From the NCBI GenBank assembly GCA_022711115.1, contig JAKLFP010000001.1, positions 197,183-261,182 of the forward strand: a DNA stretch of 64,000 bases, in the 5' to 3' direction. The position numbers and the translations under genes were made by a program. The notes under the pieces were generated by a model. That model was not told the DNA's origin. It saw nothing but the letters and a program-made list of their open reading frames with translations, and did not search any database. Shown here piece after piece: positions 35,501 through 44,840 of this stretch (positions within the stretch are counted from its first letter, which is position 1; each line of letters opens with the position of its first letter). The DNA comes from Candidatus Omnitrophota bacterium (GTDB taxonomy: Bacteria; Omnitrophota; Omnitrophia; Omnitrophales; Aquincolibacteriaceae).

Positions 35501-36366
35501 TCCCGTTCTAAAGTATTAATCAGGGATTTGTCTTCCTTGGAAAGCTTAACGATCGAAAAGGTTGTGATTTCATTAGTGAGGAATGTATTCAAAACTTCTT
35601 TGGTCAATTTCGTTCCCGCGGCTGCAACGATTTCTTTGGTGGAAGACAGGATCACATCATCCGCCAGAATCTCGCCTTCGCAATCTTTGATCTTGGATCT
35701 TTCAAAGCCACGGATTTTTTCGACAAGATAAAGTTCTTTAAAAATATCAAAGGTCGTAGAATACCCGAGAGCTCTGAGAAGCGCTGTCGCAAGAATCTTG
35801 CGGCGCCGATCAATGTAAGCGTAAAGCACGTCATTAACATCCGACTCGAATTCAAGCCAGGCCCCGCGATAAGGAATGATTCTGACGCTAAACATCTTTT
35901 TGCCGCTCGGATGGATCGTTTCTTCTAGGGAGACGCCGGGAGAACGATGCAACTGGCTGACAATCACGCGCTCAGCACCATTAATAATGAAGGTGCCGGT
36001 TTCGGTCATAAGAGGAAGTTCGCCGATGTAAACTTCCTGTTCTTTGGCAACTCCTTTACGGACAAGACGCAGTTTCACTTTCAGAGGCGCGGCATAAGTC
36101 ATTCCGCGTTTCTGACATTCCGGAATCGAATACTTGGGTTTGCCGAGAGAATAGCCTTCATACTCCAAACGGCAGGTCCCGTCAAAACTTTCTATGGGAA
36201 AACAATCCACAAAAGCCGCTTCCAGACCTTGGCTTTTACGCCGCCGGTTCGAGCGCCCGCTTTGCAGAAACTCCTCGTATGATTTGATCTGGATCTCCAC
36301 CAAATTCGGCAGATCCATCGTATCCTGGATTTTTGTGAAACTTTTTCTTTCAATTAAAGGCATCAT
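32572..36366 (-). CDS. rpoB: DNA-directed RNA polymerase subunit beta
   Basis: 1264 aa; rif-cluster region ...[25 protein letters not shown]... Confidence 0.97.
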   Translation of the reverse strand: MMPLIERKSFTKIQDTMDLPNLVEIQIKSYEEFLQSGRSNRRRKSQGLEAAFVDCFPIESFDGTCRLEYEGYSLGKPKYSIPECQKRGMTYAAPLKVKLRLVRKGVAKEQEVYIGELPLMTETGTFIINGAERVIVSQLHRSPGVSLEETIHPSGKKMFSVRIIPYRGAWLEFESDVNDVLYAYIDRRRKILATALLRALGYSTTFDIFKELYLVEKIRGFERSKIKDCEGEILADDVILSSTKEIVAAAGTKLTKEVLNTFLTNEITTFSIVKLSKEDKSLINTLERDPYRNAQDAQLAIYRRIRPGDPPTEASAKDLIQKLFFDAQRYDLGLVGRFMLNKKLGLGIESSDLKVTTLRREDVMKVIGMLLKLRSGEVTVDDIDHLGNRRVRSVGELLQNQFRVGLSRMKRSCVERMSIYDLEAAMPHNLINPKLISAAIKDFFGRSQLSQFMDQTNPLAELTHKRRMSALGPGGLSRERAGFEVRDVHPSHYGRICPIETPEGPNIGLIASLSTFARVNDIGFLESPYRKVVKGRVTETIDYLTADLEDKYVIAQANAPLDKHGHFLTDAVSCRFRGDFPKKKPEEIDYMDVSPRQLVSVAAALIPFLEHDDANRALMGSNMQRQAVPLLNPQAPYVGTGMERYVAKDSGAVVQAKSRGTVKHVSSEEIVIDDFVYKLRKFKRSNAGTCINQRPLVEVGDKVKRGDIIADGAATQGGELALGRNVLVAFMPWRGYNFEDAIIVSEKLCKDDVYTSLHIEEFEIEARDTKLGNEEITRDIPNVSEEALKDLDTEGVVRIGAEVKPGDILVGKITPKSEIELSPEEKLLRAIFGEKAGDVRDASLTVPPGVEGVIVDVKVFARKESQAKTKEERRQENKDINEIKERFNERIDLLKRERLNKVSDMVVGKKLSEDLLDDILGEVLIKSGHVISKSDLKKLDSCDWDSLRLDDDPDLEENIKKIARVWGDEIDELVAERTREIDRVKKGDELPPGVIKKVVVYVCSKRKISVGDKMAGRHGNKGVIAKVLPEEDMPFLADGTPVEIILNPLGVPSRMNVGQILETHLGWAAKALGLHMETPVFSGATEDEIKAMMKEAKIPLDGKISLYDGRTGEKFDEKITVGQIYMLKLAHLADDKIHARSIGPYSLVTQQPLGGKAQFGGQRFGEMEVWALEAYGAAFTLQELLTVKSDDVVGRTRVYEAIVKGEPALHAGTPESFNVLVKELQALGLDIEPERQASHKLLLTDTKAKSSEDKIEEAKEKLKV

Positions 36367-36419
36367 TATGAGTTGTCCTCCTTAAGGACAGTATTCAGTA
36401 TTGGCCTTCAAAAACGGTC

Positions 36420-36833
36420 TTACTTTATTTCGACCTTAGCGCCTTGGGCTTCCAAAACCTTTTTGATTTTTTCCGCTTCTTCTTTATTCACATCTTCTTT
36501 AATGGTCTTCGGAGCACCTTCGACAAGGTCTTTGGCTTCTTTCAGACCTAATGTGGTGACCGTGCGGATTTCTTTGATCACGTTGATCTTCTTGTCACCT
36601 GCGCTGGCAAGAATGACCGTAAAGCTGGTTTTTTCTTCCGCTGGAGCTGCAGCAGCGGCACCACCACCCACCGCAACGGCAGCCATCGGGACCGCAGCGG
36701 CTGCGCTGACGCCAAATTTATCTTCCAGTGCTTTGACGAGATCGGCAAGCTCCAACACCGTCAATGTTTCGATCGATGTGAGAATCCCTTGCAGCTTCTC
36801 AGAAATTTGTTTTGTTTCAGTTGCTTCTGTCAT
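36420..36833 (-). CDS. rplL: 50S ribosomal protein L7/L12
   Basis: 137 aa; Ala-rich hinge, C-terminal [40 protein letters not shown]. Confidence 0.95.
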   Translation of the reverse strand: MTEATETKQISEKLQGILTSIETLTVLELADLVKALEDKFGVSAAAAVPMAAVAVGGGAAAAAPAEEKTSFTVILASAGDKKINVIKEIRTVTTLGLKEAKDLVEGAPKTIKEDVNKEEAEKIKKVLEAQGAKVEIK

Positions 36834-36891
36834 GACTAATGCCTCCTTATTGAATTTCCCTTATCAGGACGTTCGTTTTTTACCGGTGTTC

Positions 36892-37425
36892 TTAAGACGC
36901 AGCACCGGCAGCTGCTTTTTTCTTCCGGACCTCTTCAAGGGCCACCACGAGATTGCGGGTCAAAGCCCCGAGGACGTTCACAAAACCAACGATCGGCGAG
37001 TGCATGCGCAGGACCACCTGCGTTAAGAGCTCCTTGCGCGACGGCAGTTTCGCAAGCTGTTTCACAAAATCTTCCCCGTAGACCTGGCCTTCAAAGATCA
37101 CACCGGCGGGTTTCCACTTCTCGTTGGTCTTGGAAAAATCCACGATCTTCTTGGAAATCTCCTGGGGATCTTTATCCCCGAAAGTGATCACCACGGAACC
37201 ATTTAAATATTTTTCAGCCCCGCTGACGTTAAATTTTGCAAAAATTTTTCGGGCCATAGCGTGTTTGACCATCAGAGAACGGCGCGAAACTTTTTCCAAA
37301 CTTCGCCTGGCATCCGAAATGTCCAGCACCGAGATACCCTGAAGATTCGAGATGAATGCATACGGGCTTTTTTCGAATTCACTCACGATCGTTTTAAACA
37401 TCAATTCTTTTTCAAATGAAGGCAT
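36892..37425 (-). CDS. rplJ: 50S ribosomal protein L10
   Basis: 177 aa; position rplA-rplJ-rplL. Confidence 0.9.
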   Translation of the reverse strand: MPSFEKELMFKTIVSEFEKSPYAFISNLQGISVLDISDARRSLEKVSRRSLMVKHAMARKIFAKFNVSGAEKYLNGSVVITFGDKDPQEISKKIVDFSKTNEKWKPAGVIFEGQVYGEDFVKQLAKLPSRKELLTQVVLRMHSPIVGFVNVLGALTRNLVVALEEVRKKKAAAGAAS

Positions 37426-37429
37426 TTTC

Positions 37430-38116
37430 CTACAACGCTCCTGTATTCAACTTGAGACCGGGCCCATGCGTTGTCGCAATGTTGACCGATTTCATATATT
37501 CCCCTTTGCTCGTCGGGGGTTTTGCATCTTTGACGGCCTTGATCACGGTTCTGGCATTTTCTAAAAGAGCTTCTTCGGCGAACGAGAGTTTGCCGCATAC
37601 GGCATGCAACCCTGCGGTTTTATCGCTTTTAAATTCAATGCGCCCCCCCTTCACCTCTTTAACAGCCTTGCCCACCTGCGGCGTCACCGTCCCTGTTTTC
37701 GGGGTTGGCATGAGACCTTTCGGACCAAGCACCCTACCGAGCTTACTCACCTCGCGCATCATATCCGGATGCGACACCACCACATCAAAATCGAGAAATC
37801 CATTTTTCACTTTTTCAACAAGCTCTTCAGCACCGACAAAATCCGCTCCGGCTGTTTCAGCATCCTTGGCACTTTCCCCTTTTGCAAAACAGAGGACACG
37901 AACGGTCTTACCGCTTCCGTGAGGCAAACTGACAGTGCCGCGTACGTTTTCATCCCCCTGCTCTGCACGCACTCCTAGCTGGAAATTAAGGGAAATAGTC
38001 TCGTCAGCCTTTCCTTTTTCAACCTTTTTTAGAATCTTGACGGCCTCTGGCAATGAATACAATTTCCCCTCTTCTACCAGAGCTGCCCTTTTTTTATAGC
38101 GTTTACTAGGACTCAT
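37430..38116 (-). CDS. rplA: 50S ribosomal protein L1
   Basis: 228 aa; canonical L1. Confidence 0.95.
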   Translation of the reverse strand: MSPSKRYKKRAALVEEGKLYSLPEAVKILKKVEKGKADETISLNFQLGVRAEQGDENVRGTVSLPHGSGKTVRVLCFAKGESAKDAETAGADFVGAEELVEKVKNGFLDFDVVVSHPDMMREVSKLGRVLGPKGLMPTPKTGTVTPQVGKAVKEVKGGRIEFKSDKTAGLHAVCGKLSFAEEALLENARTVIKAVKDAKPPTSKGEYMKSVNIATTHGPGLKLNTGAL

Positions 38117-38125
38117 GTCTTTCCT

Positions 38126-38557
38126 TTACTTCGAATCAACGACTTCGATTCCCATGCTGCGTGCGGCACCTGCAACGATCCGTTCCGCGCTCTCAATTTT
38201 TGTGGTATTGAGATCCACCATTTTCTGCCTTGCGATTTCTCGGACTTGTTCGCGGGTAATTTTGCCGATGATCTGGCGTCCCGCTTCCGGAGAAGCCTTC
38301 GCAAGTCCCACTGCTTTTTTGATTTGAGCCGCTACAGGCGGCGTCTTCAAAATAAACGTAAACGACTTGTCTTTATAGACGGTCAATACGGCCGGAAGAA
38401 TGGTCCCCGGACGGTCTTTGGTGCGTTCATTGAACTGCTTGCAAAATTCCATGATGTTCACACCATGTTGGCCAAGCGCGGGGCCAATCGGCGGCGCAGG
38501 ATTTGCTTGCCCGCCTGGAATCTGTAATTTGATTTTTGTTATGATTTCTTTTGCCAT
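38126..38557 (-). CDS. rplK: 50S ribosomal protein L11
   Basis: start moved to the [29 protein letters not shown] Met (143 aa); the ORF-track N-terminus [10 protein letters not shown] is probably spurious. Confidence 0.9.
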   Translation of the reverse strand: MAKEIITKIKLQIPGGQANPAPPIGPALGQHGVNIMEFCKQFNERTKDRPGTILPAVLTVYKDKSFTFILKTPPVAAQIKKAVGLAKASPEAGRQIIGKITREQVREIARQKMVDLNTTKIESAERIVAGAARSMGIEVVDSK

Positions 38558-38558
38558 A

Positions 38559-39101
38559 TTAGATCTTTTCCACCTGCCAATATTCAAGCTCCACGGGAGT
38601 CGGGCGGCCGAAGATCATGACCATCACGCGCATTTTTCCACGATCCGGATTAATCTGCTCGATCGTACCATTGAAGTTTGCAAAGGCACCTTCTTTGACA
38701 CGCACGCTTTCCCCTTCGGTGAATTCAACTTTCGGTTTTGGCTTCGTTTGTTTTTCTTCTTGTTCACGAATAATCTCGCCGACTTCTTTTTCGGTGAGCG
38801 GAATCGGGTTTTTACCCGACCCGATAAATCCCGAGATCCCCGGCGTATTGCGAACCAAATACCAGCTTTCATCGGTCAATTCCATTTTGACCAAAATGTA
38901 GCCAGGAAAAAACTTCCGCTCGCTGATTCTTTTCTTTCCGCCTTTCACCTCACTCACTTTTTCCATGGGAATCAATACCTCATGAATCAAATGAGAAAGC
39001 CCAGCTGTCTCAGCATGGCTGATCAAACTTGCACGCGCTTTCGCCTCAACGCCCGTTTGTGTATGAACCACATACCATTTAGCTTCTGCCATAGTCGTCA
39101 T
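38559..39101 (-). CDS. nusG: Transcription termination/antitermination factor NusG
   Basis: 180 aa; NGN domain [14 protein letters not shown]-terminus. Confidence 0.95.
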   Translation of the reverse strand: MTTMAEAKWYVVHTQTGVEAKARASLISHAETAGLSHLIHEVLIPMEKVSEVKGGKKRISERKFFPGYILVKMELTDESWYLVRNTPGISGFIGSGKNPIPLTEKEVGEIIREQEEKQTKPKPKVEFTEGESVRVKEGAFANFNGTIEQINPDRGKMRVMVMIFGRPTPVELEYWQVEKI

Positions 39102-39286
39102 TGGGTAATCAGCAAACGCATCGCATTGGAGATAAAAAAATCAACGACGGCGATAAAAACCGCCATAAAAAAAGTAGCGATAATGACCACAAGCGTCGCT
39201 TGCCACACTTCATTCCAAGTCGGCCAAGTGACCTTTTTGAGTTCTTGGATCGTTTCCTGAAAAAAATTCGCTACTTTTTGAGCCAT
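39098..39286 (-). CDS. secE: Preprotein translocase SecE
   Basis: start moved to MAQKVANFFQETIQELKKVTWPT (62 aa, one TM); the longer ORF would overlap tRNA-Trp. Confidence 0.8.
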   Translation of the reverse strand: MAQKVANFFQETIQELKKVTWPTWNEVWQATLVVIIATFFMAVFIAVVDFFISNAMRLLITQ

Positions 39287-39313
39287 AGTTTCCTTTTTGT
39301 TCCTTCCAACCAA

Positions 39314-39387
39314 CAGGCCTGGCAGGACTCGAACCTGCAACATGCGGTTTTGGAGACCGCCGCTCTACCAATTGGAGCTACAGGCCT
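39314..39387 (-). tRNA. trnW: tRNA-Trp (anticodon CCA)
   Basis: cloverleaf read manually: AGGCCTG/TAGCTC...GAGC/GCGGT-CTCCAAA-ACCGC/GCAGG-TTCGAGT-CCTGC/CAGGCCT+G; no encoded CCA. Confidence 0.9.
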
Positions 39388-39451
39388 TTATCCCGCTTGA
39401 AGCTCTTGCTTCCTATTGCGGGAAAACTTCCGTGAGCCCAATTTGTCAAAA

Positions 39452-39461
39452 TTGTTAACAA
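39452..39461. repeat. Perfect 10-bp palindrome TTGTTAACAA in the rpmG/tRNA-Trp spacer
   Basis: read directly; flanked by TTGTCAA and CTGTTG half-sites. Confidence 0.4.
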
Positions 39462-39515
39462 GCTGTTGTGGTTAAGTTCCGAACGGGATCAATCCCGCCC
39501 TACCATGCAAATGAC

Positions 39516-39665
39516 TTACTTTTTCTCTCGAAAAAGAACACGCGTCCTGCAACTCGGACAATATTTTTTTCTTTCGATTTTATCCGGATTTTTTTTCTTG
39601 TTTTTGCGAGTCCAGTAGGTCGCCTTGCAATCACAGGTCGACACTAAAGAAATGATTTCTTGCAT
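39516..39665 (-). CDS. rpmG: 50S ribosomal protein L33 (not in ORF track, 49 aa)
   Basis: manual translation: MQEIISLVSTCDCKATYWTRKNKKKNPDKIERKKYCPSCRTRVLFREKK*; C-x1-C...C-x2-C zinc ribbon; classic position before tRNA-Trp-secE-nusG. Confidence 0.85.
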   Translation of the reverse strand: MQEIISLVSTCDCKATYWTRKNKKKNPDKIERKKYCPSCRTRVLFREKK

Positions 39666-39823
39666 TGAGATAAAACCTTTATTTTTGTCTTAATAAATCT
39701 AAGAAAAGACAATTCCTGAACAATACATCATTCGGCTTGTAAGACTTCTTACGGCGAAAATAAACGCCTTACAGCCAGATAGGGCTTCGCCAAAAACTCG
39801 TCAGAATGAGGCTGAACGAGATG

Positions 39824-41023
39824 TTACGCGATAATCTCGCTGACTACACCAGCGCCAACCGTTTTACCACCCTCGCGGATTGCAAAACGAAGCTCTTTTT
39901 CCATAGCAACCGGCGTGATCAGTTCCGCTTCAATCGCAACATTATCGCCAGGCATTACCATTTCAACGCCTGCCGGCAACGTCACAATTCCCGTAACATC
40001 GGTGGTGCGGAAATAAAACTGAGGCCGATACCCTTTGAAGAACGGCGTATGACGACCGCCTTCCTCTTTGCTTAAAATATACACTTGCGCTTTGAATTTC
40101 TTGTGAGGTGTCACCGAACCCGGCTTCGCGATGACCATGCCTCGTTCAAGCTGTTCTTTTTCAATACCACGAAGAAGAAGACCCACATTGTCACCGGCGC
40201 GTCCTTCATCAAGAAGTTTTCGGAACATTTCGACACCAGTCACAACAGTTTTCATGGAACCTTCACGCAACCCGATAATCTCCGCTTCATCATTCACTTT
40301 AATGATGCCACGCTCGATACGGCCCGTTCCGACCGTACCACGGCCTGAAATGGAAAAAACGTCTTCAATGGGCATCAAAAAAGGTTTGTCGATATCACGT
40401 TTCGGCTCAGGGATGGTTTCATCCAAAGCTTTAATGAGATCCATAATACACTGGTTTGCTTTGGCATCTGTAGGATTTTGAACTGCAGGCAAGCTGGAAC
40501 CGCGAATGACCGCGATTTTATCGCCTGGGAAATCGTATTTTTTCAGAAGATCACGGACTTCCATTTCAACAAGATCAAGAAGTTCCGTATCTTCCACAAG
40601 GTCGCATTTATTAAGAAACACCACAATGGCAGGAACGCCGACTTGACGGGCGAGCAGGATGTGTTCACGCGTCTGGGGCATCGGACCATCCACAGCAGAA
40701 ACCACGAGAATGGCGCCATCCATCTGGGCGGCACCCGTAATCATATTTTTAATGTAATCTGCGTGTCCCGGGCAATCAACGTGGGCATAATGCCGTTTGT
40801 CGGACTCATATTCTACGTGGGAAACAGCAATGGTCACAATCTTTGAATCATCGCGAACAGTTCCACCTTTGGCGATATCCGCATATTCACGAACGGTTGC
40901 CATTCCTTTTGCCGCTAGGACTTTTGTCATAGCACAGGTCAAAGTGGTTTTTCCATGATCCACGTGGCCAATGGTTCCGACATTCACGTGAGGCTTAGTG
41001 CGCTTGAATTGTTCTTTTGCCAT
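39824..41023 (-). CDS. tuf: Elongation factor Tu
   Basis: 399 aa; [24 protein letters not shown]. Confidence 0.97.
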   Translation of the reverse strand: MAKEQFKRTKPHVNVGTIGHVDHGKTTLTCAMTKVLAAKGMATVREYADIAKGGTVRDDSKIVTIAVSHVEYESDKRHYAHVDCPGHADYIKNMITGAAQMDGAILVVSAVDGPMPQTREHILLARQVGVPAIVVFLNKCDLVEDTELLDLVEMEVRDLLKKYDFPGDKIAVIRGSSLPAVQNPTDAKANQCIMDLIKALDETIPEPKRDIDKPFLMPIEDVFSISGRGTVGTGRIERGIIKVNDEAEIIGLREGSMKTVVTGVEMFRKLLDEGRAGDNVGLLLRGIEKEQLERGMVIAKPGSVTPHKKFKAQVYILSKEEGGRHTPFFKGYRPQFYFRTTDVTGIVTLPAGVEMVMPGDNVAIEAELITPVAMEKELRFAIREGGKTVGAGVVSEIIA

Positions 41024-41062
41024 TTGAGTTCTCCCTCATTGAAGGTTTCATGTTCACATCCT

Positions 41063-41135
41063 AGCTGGAGACGGGAATTGAACCCGTGACCTCATCCTTA
41101 CCAAGGATGTGCTCTACCGACTGAGCTACTCCAGC
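41063..41135 (-). tRNA. trnT: tRNA-Thr (anticodon GGT)
   Basis: GCTGGAG/TAGCTCAGTCGGTAGAGC/CATCC-TTGGTAA-GGATG/ACGGG-TTCAATT-CCCGT/CTCCAGC+U read manually on minus strand. Confidence 0.9.
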
Positions 41136-41303
41136 GCTTGACTCCGCTAAGCGCTTTCGATCGCTCGATCCAATACAAAAAAATAAACAACAAAATTTTT
41201 GAACTTCTTCTTTGAAAAATCGCGAACGCTTTGTTTTAAAACAAAACTGCTAAAAAACCAGCGTATTGCGGAGACAGTCCTCTCCTTTAAAGAAAGAGGT
41301 GCT

Positions 41304-41331
41304 ATTCTATAAAAAAACAGTTCCGTGTCAA
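41304..41331 (-). promoter_or_regulatory. Sigma70-type promoter TTGACA-N16-TAGAAT with upstream A-tracts, driving tRNA-Thr-tuf-rpmG-tRNA-Trp-secE-nusG...
   Basis: minus strand reads TAAAAAAAATGTAAAAAAACTTGACACGGAACTGTTTTTTTATAGAAT; consensus -35 and 5/6 -10. Confidence 0.6.
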
Positions 41332-41479
41332 GTTTTTTTACATTTTTTTTAGGGAGGGGGAAAACCCCTAAAAACCCTCTTGGGGAAACGATCGCTAACG
41401 AGCTAAAGGAAAACCATTTTTTTGTTTTGCCTGACCTGAAATTAATTTTAAAGCATTGGCACAAAAATGGTTATGCTAA

Positions 41480-42235
41480 TTATTCAGAAAGTTTTTGTTT
41501 CAAGGAATCTAGCGTGCGGCCTAAAAATCCTTTTGGCTTACTGCTTTGATAGCCATAGGATTTTTGAAACTTCTGGAGCTGCGCATCGAAATAGCTGAAT
41601 CCCATTTTTTTAAAGGCCTCGGTCGCAACAATCATGGCAACATCGTTAACACCTTGAATATTATAGTACGTTGCTCCTTGAATTCCGGCGCGATAACGGT
41701 TCTGACGCAAAGAAGATTTACTCATATCAAGGTAAGAAATATCTTCTACGGAAAAAATGAGTTCATCGATTAATAGCGGCGGCGTGTATTTATTGACCTG
41801 ACGACGGATAGCCGCTTGAGACGGTGATTCGTCCTCTTCTTTCTTTTGAAAAGGCTTCAAGGCTAAAATATTCAGCCCTCGCTGAGGGACATTCATCACT
41901 TGCAACTCTCGGAGATTAAATCCGACCGTCTTGAAACGAAATATTCCTTTTGTGACACTCGGCAAATCCAGAGAAATGATTGCAAGCGGGATCTCCGCTA
42001 AAAGGCCTTTCGAGAAACCGTACGGATTTCCTATTTCCATCCCTTGAACTTCAAAGCCTGTATTTTTCCAATCCATTTTTACGCTTTGAATGGAAACGTC
42101 CGCCCCGAGGCTATAGCTTAGGGAAAAGATAAGGGTTTGTTTGATCGCCCATGTGTGAAAAATAAGAACAAGAATTAGAATAAAAAAAACAAGCCGTATA
42201 AGTCCAAAAATAAACTGAAAAAGTCCTTTGATCAT
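41480..42235 (-). CDS. Hypothetical membrane-anchored protein (one N-terminal TM, large extracytoplasmic domain)
   Basis: start set at MIKGLFQF preceded by GGAGGAG RBS; no recognisable family. Confidence 0.6.
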   Translation of the reverse strand: MIKGLFQFIFGLIRLVFFILILVLIFHTWAIKQTLIFSLSYSLGADVSIQSVKMDWKNTGFEVQGMEIGNPYGFSKGLLAEIPLAIISLDLPSVTKGIFRFKTVGFNLRELQVMNVPQRGLNILALKPFQKKEEDESPSQAAIRRQVNKYTPPLLIDELIFSVEDISYLDMSKSSLRQNRYRAGIQGATYYNIQGVNDVAMIVATEAFKKMGFSYFDAQLQKFQKSYGYQSSKPKGFLGRTLDSLKQKLSE

Positions 42236-42367
42236 ATCTTCTCCTCCAAGGAGTTTACTATATCGGCATCGATGACAAAAAACCAGAATAAAATCAATGA
42301 AACCCGAACTAGCCAAAGGTGAAGGCCTTTATTAAAAAACCATGCCTCCAGTGGGGCGCTGTTTACC

Positions 42368-42396
42368 TTGACAATGAAACCATCTTTGCGAATAAT
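42368..42396 (+). promoter_or_regulatory. Sigma70-type promoter TTGACA-N17-AATAAT for the atp operon
   Basis: ccTTGACAatgaaaccatctttgcgAATAATaac read directly. Confidence 0.55.
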
Positions 42397-42423
42397 AACT
42401 TATTATATTTGATGAGCTAACAT

Positions 42424-42702
42424 TTGAGAGCCGGGTGTCACATCACCCAGGACCCCTTGGACGTTAAGAAAACAGATCTCCGCCGTCTTTTCTGGATGCT
42501 TGGTTTAGCGATTACTCTGCCAACGGTGCTTTTAAGTGGACCTCTTGCAGGTTATCTGCTTAGCCAGTGGGTCATCAAGGCTGGGTATGGAGACTCAAAT
42601 CTTACGCTTATACTCGTCCTTTTGGGCCTTTTAGGCTCTGTGATACAAACGGTCAGAATTTTAAAACAGCTCCATCGAGAAAGTAAGAAAAGAGAGACAT
42701 GA
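42424..42702 (+). CDS. atpZ: AtpZ/AtpI-like small membrane protein preceding atpB (start codon uncertain)
   Basis: two TM helices with G-x2-GY...G-x3-G pattern (PLAGYLLSQW...LLGLLGSV). The ORF-track start 42424 is TTG; an in-frame ATG sits at 42496. Confidence 0.55.
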   Translation: MRAGCHITQDPLDVKKTDLRRLFWMLGLAITLPTVLLSGPLAGYLLSQWVIKAGYGDSNLTLILVLLGLLGSVIQTVRILKQLHRESKKRET

Positions 42703-43517
42703 GCATTGCAGAACAGTCTGTCGCACAAACCGGACACGTCACGGAAGAACTCCCGAATTTCATCACGCTCCTGAATCAATGGTTCCCCCACTCAGGCCTT
42801 GTTCATTTTTTCCATTATTGGGAAAATATCGTTTTTTCCTTTCTGGTTTTAGGATTAATCGCACATCGATTCATCGGTGCGGCACGCCAAAAAAGCTTTC
42901 TCCCCAAAGGTCGTCAAAATCGCTGTGAGATGGTAGTCGAGGGCATCACCGGATTCGTGACAGGCATCCTCGGTCCCAAAGGGATCGAACACGTCCCTTT
43001 TCTCGGCACGCTCTTCATTTATATCCTCATTGAAAATTTCCTTGGTATGATTCCTTTCATGAAATCCCCCACAAGCGCGTGGAGTACCACCATCGCACTT
43101 GCGCTCATTACGACTGTTTACGTCCAGTGGGTGGGCATCAAAGAGCAAGGATTCTTTCATTATGTGAAACACATGGCCGGAAATCCTCAAGGGTTGCTCG
43201 GCCTTGCTCTGGTCCCGATTATGCTGGTCATCAATTTAAGTATTGAATATTTGGCTGTACCGCTCAGTTTGTCGCTTCGTCTTTTTGCCAACGTTTCAAG
43301 TGAAGACAAGCTTCTTTATAAATTCGCGGAATTGACCGGCATGTACTGGGGGGCGCCGTTTCCTTTCCAGATCTTTGCGAACGTCCTTGTCATGATTTTT
43401 AGTCTGGTACAAGCCTTTGTGTTTCTGTTGCTTGCGACTGTGTATATTTCTCTGATTATGCCGCACGATGAGGAACACAGTGATCCTCAGTGCGGCGCAT
43501 CAAGCGCTGCTCATTAA
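42699..43517 (+). CDS. atpB: ATP synthase Fo subunit a
   Basis: 272 aa; conserved LSLRLFAN (essential Arg) and QAFVFLLLATVYI. Confidence 0.92.
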   Translation: MSIAEQSVAQTGHVTEELPNFITLLNQWFPHSGLVHFFHYWENIVFSFLVLGLIAHRFIGAARQKSFLPKGRQNRCEMVVEGITGFVTGILGPKGIEHVPFLGTLFIYILIENFLGMIPFMKSPTSAWSTTIALALITTVYVQWVGIKEQGFFHYVKHMAGNPQGLLGLALVPIMLVINLSIEYLAVPLSLSLRLFANVSSEDKLLYKFAELTGMYWGAPFPFQIFANVLVMIFSLVQAFVFLLLATVYISLIMPHDEEHSDPQCGASSAAH

Positions 43518-43541
43518 CCCAATTAAAGAAGGAGAATTTCA

Positions 43542-43772
43542 ATGGACTCACACGTTGCTCTAGGTTTCGCATTACCGATCGGACTCGCTATCACGGCGTT
43601 CGGCTCCGCACTTGGACTCGGCAAGGCCGTTGCCGCCGCCATGGATGCCACGGGCCGGCAGCCTGAAGCGTCGCAAAAAATCCTGGTCAACATGATGGCC
43701 GGTTGCGCGCTTATTGAGGCCTTAACCTTGTACGTGCTTATTTTTGGTTTTGTGCTCATGGGAAAGATTTAA
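43542..43772 (+). CDS. atpE: ATP synthase Fo subunit c
   Basis: 76 aa; GRQPE loop, ion-binding Glu in ALIEALTLY; no Na+-type Q/ES/T signature. Confidence 0.92.
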   Translation: MDSHVALGFALPIGLAITAFGSALGLGKAVAAAMDATGRQPEASQKILVNMMAGCALIEALTLYVLIFGFVLMGKI

Positions 43773-43785
43773 ACCGGCTCTAGCG

Positions 43786-44286
43786 ATGGAATTTTTTCAG
43801 GAGAACATCCACCTCAAAGAAGTTTTTATCCAGCTCGTCGCCTTTTTGATCGTGTTCTTGACGCTCAAAAAGTTCGCGTGGAAACCGCTTCTTGCGATCA
43901 TGAAAGAGCGCCGCGATAAATTTGAGCACGAGTGGACGCATATTGAAAAAATAAAAAAAGACGTTGCGGCGCTTCAAAAAGACTATCAAACACATCTTCA
44001 GAAAATCGAAGAAGAAGCGCGCATAAAAATGCAGGAAGCAATCCAGGAAGGCCGGCGCATCGCCCGCGAGATCCAGGAAAAGGCCCGCGCCGACTCCCAG
44101 GCATCCTTCGAAAAAGCCAAGGAGACAATCGGTATAGAGGTTGAAAAGGCCCGGATTGAGCTTCGCCGGGAAATCGCGAAACTTTCGCTGCAAGTCGCGG
44201 AAAAAGTGATCTCTGAAAAAATGGATGGCGCTTTTCATGAAAAGAAAGCGTTGGAACTTATTGACGAGTTGGAGAAAAAACTGTGA
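43786..44286 (+). CDS. atpF: ATP synthase Fo subunit b
   Basis: start set at MEFFQENIHLKEVF (single TM plus long coiled coil); the ORF-track start overlaps atpE. Confidence 0.85.
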   Translation: MEFFQENIHLKEVFIQLVAFLIVFLTLKKFAWKPLLAIMKERRDKFEHEWTHIEKIKKDVAALQKDYQTHLQKIEEEARIKMQEAIQEGRRIAREIQEKARADSQASFEKAKETIGIEVEKARIELRREIAKLSLQVAEKVISEKMDGAFHEKKALELIDELEKKL

Positions 44287-44840
44287 GCAAAACCCTTGCA
44301 GGCATCCGTTATGCCCGGGCGCTTTTTGAGCTGGCGCAAAAATCAGACCAACTCGATGAAGTCGATCTGTGTTTGACTCGCTTCGCGGACGGCATTAAAC
44401 GCTCCTCGACAGCAATGACTTTCATGCTGAATCCAATCATTCATGAAAGCGAAAAAATTCGTTTTATCGAAGAGCTTTTTCCCGAAGGAACAGCGCGGCT
44501 CCTCAAAGATCTCTCCAAGGTCTTGGTCGAAAAAAAACGCTTCTTGATCCTTCAAGAGGTCCGGGAGATCTTTCATGGCCTGTACGAACGGGCACGCGGG
44601 GTGTTGGAAGTCGAGTTGCTCTCCGCAGCCCCTTTTTCCGAGAAGCTCCGGGATAAACTTACAAAAGTTTTGTCTCAAAAATTGCGCTCTGAGATTCGCC
44701 TGATTCCAAAAACCGAAACGGCCCTGATCGGCGGGTTCGTGCTTCGCTTTGATGGAAAAGAGATCGACTGTTCCTTCAAGAACCGCTTTCATGAAATCGA
44801 GCAAAAGCTTTTCAGCTCCATAGAAGAAGGGAATTCTTAA
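44283..44840 (+). CDS. atpH: ATP synthase F1 subunit delta (OSCP)
   Basis: 185 aa; [18 protein letters not shown]. Confidence 0.9.
   Translation: MSKTLAGIRYARALFELAQKSDQLDEVDLCLTRFADGIKRSSTAMTFMLNPIIHESEKIRFIEELFPEGTARLLKDLSKVLVEKKRFLILQEVREIFHGLYERARGVLEVELLSAAPFSEKLRDKLTKVLSQKLRSEIRLIPKTETALIGGFVLRFDGKEIDCSFKNRFHEIEQKLFSSIEEGNS

Noticed and set aside
38400-39260. 286-aa plus-strand ORF
   Set aside because: It is antisense to rplK, nusG and secE. It is a shadow ORF.
39287-39343. N-terminal 19-aa extension of the SecE ORF
   Set aside because: It would overlap the tRNA-Trp gene, and the internal Met gives a normal-length SecE.
41341-41380. GGGG-AAAA-CCCC and CCCC...GGGG hairpins as an intrinsic terminator
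   Set aside because: They are not followed by a U-tract on either strand, so a canonical terminator call is not supported. They are only mentioned as part of the control region.
41147-41464. 105-aa minus-strand ORF in the tRNA-Thr upstream region
   Set aside because: It lies in an AT-rich promoter region containing the -35/-10 elements and A-tracts. The product is low-complexity K/F-rich and has no RBS. It is more likely non-coding.
43542-43772. Possible Na+-coupled c subunit
   Set aside because: The helix-1 Gln and helix-2 Ser/Thr of the Na+ signature are absent (Leu at -13 from the RQPE Arg, EALTLY instead of ESTxxY). A proton-type c ring is more likely.
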